A DNA stretch of 63,962 nucleotides, counting the filler, from Dicyema japonicum (lineage: Eukaryota > Animalia > Dicyemida), in the NCBI GenBank assembly GCA_011109175.1. It is 5 parts of 5 records of this genome, joined end to end, with 100 filler letters (N's around TTAATTAATTAA, not from the genome) between each part and the next. Parts side by side here need not be neighbours in the genome. Positions count along the whole stretch, not along the records: positions 40,571 to 63,962 come from RDEW01000115.1; 4 more parts are not named here. The stretch is one strand, 5' to 3'. The notes under the pieces are model-generated. The model made no database searches. It had not been told where the DNA came from and worked only from the letters and a program-made list of their open reading frames with translations. The position numbers and the translations under genes were made by a program. This document shows positions 63,264-63,962 of this stretch, one piece after another (positions within the stretch are counted from its first letter, which is position 1; every line of letters begins with the position of its first letter).

Positions 63264-63818
63264 CAGCAAACCCTCATTAATCCGAACAAAAAAATTGGAT
63301 GCCTTTCGGATTAGAAGTGAATAAATGTACTAATTTCATTGTAGTTAATATTTATGTTTTCATATATCTCTCCATTTTTCGGAATCAATAGTTTGCTCGT
63401 CGACATTATAATCTTCACAAAGAATTGCGATTTCGTTATCGTTGAGCATTCAAAACAAAATCTTGCACGATATCCTCATTTTTCTATGATAATGCATAAG
63501 TTATTGATTATGCCTGTATTCATTGGTTTAAAATGAGCAGTTGTGTTTTAGGAAAGAATAAAATTTCAATATTTTCCAAAAAAATTGTGTTAAAACGTGG
63601 CTTTTGAGCATTATTAATTAGTAAAAAGAAATTTTTGCAGTAAAATTTTAATTCATCACCAAGATGACTAATGGAAACATTAAAAGTTCTTTTGTCATCC
63701 AACCCCTTTTATTTATTTTTTTCAAAATCAAATTTTTTTAAAGATTTAGGTCTTTCACTATGCCCAATAACAAAAGGTTTAATTTTTATTGTTCCAGTTG
63801 CATTAGCACAAAGAGCTA
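63264..63818 (-). mobile_element. pogo/Tigger transposon 3' part, same family as 7604-8809
   Basis: TIR CAGCAAACCCTCATTAATCCGAA at 63264. ALCANATGTIKIKPFVIGHSERP, LLINNAQ and FFPKTQL remnants are nucleotide-similar to 8090-8400. Confidence 0.8.
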
Positions 63819-63962
63819 TAGTGATTCTCAACTTCAGATTATGTTCTTTTAAGGTTACCAGCCTTAATAAAGACTGTGAATGTTCATCCGTTAGTCTTGA
63901 TCTGAAAGAGGATTTAATTTCATTGTTGATAAAGATCATTCGTATGCGTAACTGCCAAACAT
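63819..63962 (-). mobile_element. hAT transposase C-terminal fragment abutting the pogo sequence
   Basis: KSSFRSRLTDEHSQSLLRLVT (cf. RSRLTDEHL in SPIN/GTF2IRD2-type hATs). TAGTGATTCTCAAC at 63819 resembles the TIR at 6241. Confidence 0.6.

Noticed and set aside
1-63962. CRISPR arrays, rRNA genes, LTR retrotransposons, prokaryotic operons
   Set aside because: No regularly spaced repeat-spacer units, rRNA-like sequence or gag-pol/integrase motifs were seen. Spliceosomal introns show that the DNA is eukaryotic.

Overview
AT-rich eukaryotic, almost certainly animal, scaffold. Most of it is decayed transposons, with a few compact host genes between them. Host genes: two tandem SLC17 (sialin/VGLUT-like MFS) transporter paralogues, a polypeptide GalNAc-transferase split by a gap, a RING-H2 E3-ligase gene and a few unresolved hypothetical ORFs. 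All modelled genes have ultra-short GT-AG introns, mostly 23-28 nt. This fits a genome-reduced animal parasite such as a dicyemid mesozoan or a myxozoan; the taxon is an inference. Mobile DNA: pogo/Tigger and hAT DNA transposons, two RTE lineages (one BovB-like), I-group LINEs (one fragment with a 2A-like motif), R4/Dong-like and CRE-like RLE retrotransposons, a tRNA-derived SINE with a 14-bp TSD whose tail resembles the I-group LINE 3' end, and an unclassified structured ~250-bp repeat in 6 copies. No intact autonomous element is visible. The assembly has large N gaps, synthetic 44N-TTAATTAATTAA-44N linkers, duplicated contig overlaps at single Ns and probable homopolymer errors, so adjacency and frameshifts must be read with caution. 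All translations and alignments were done by eye; no database searches were run.
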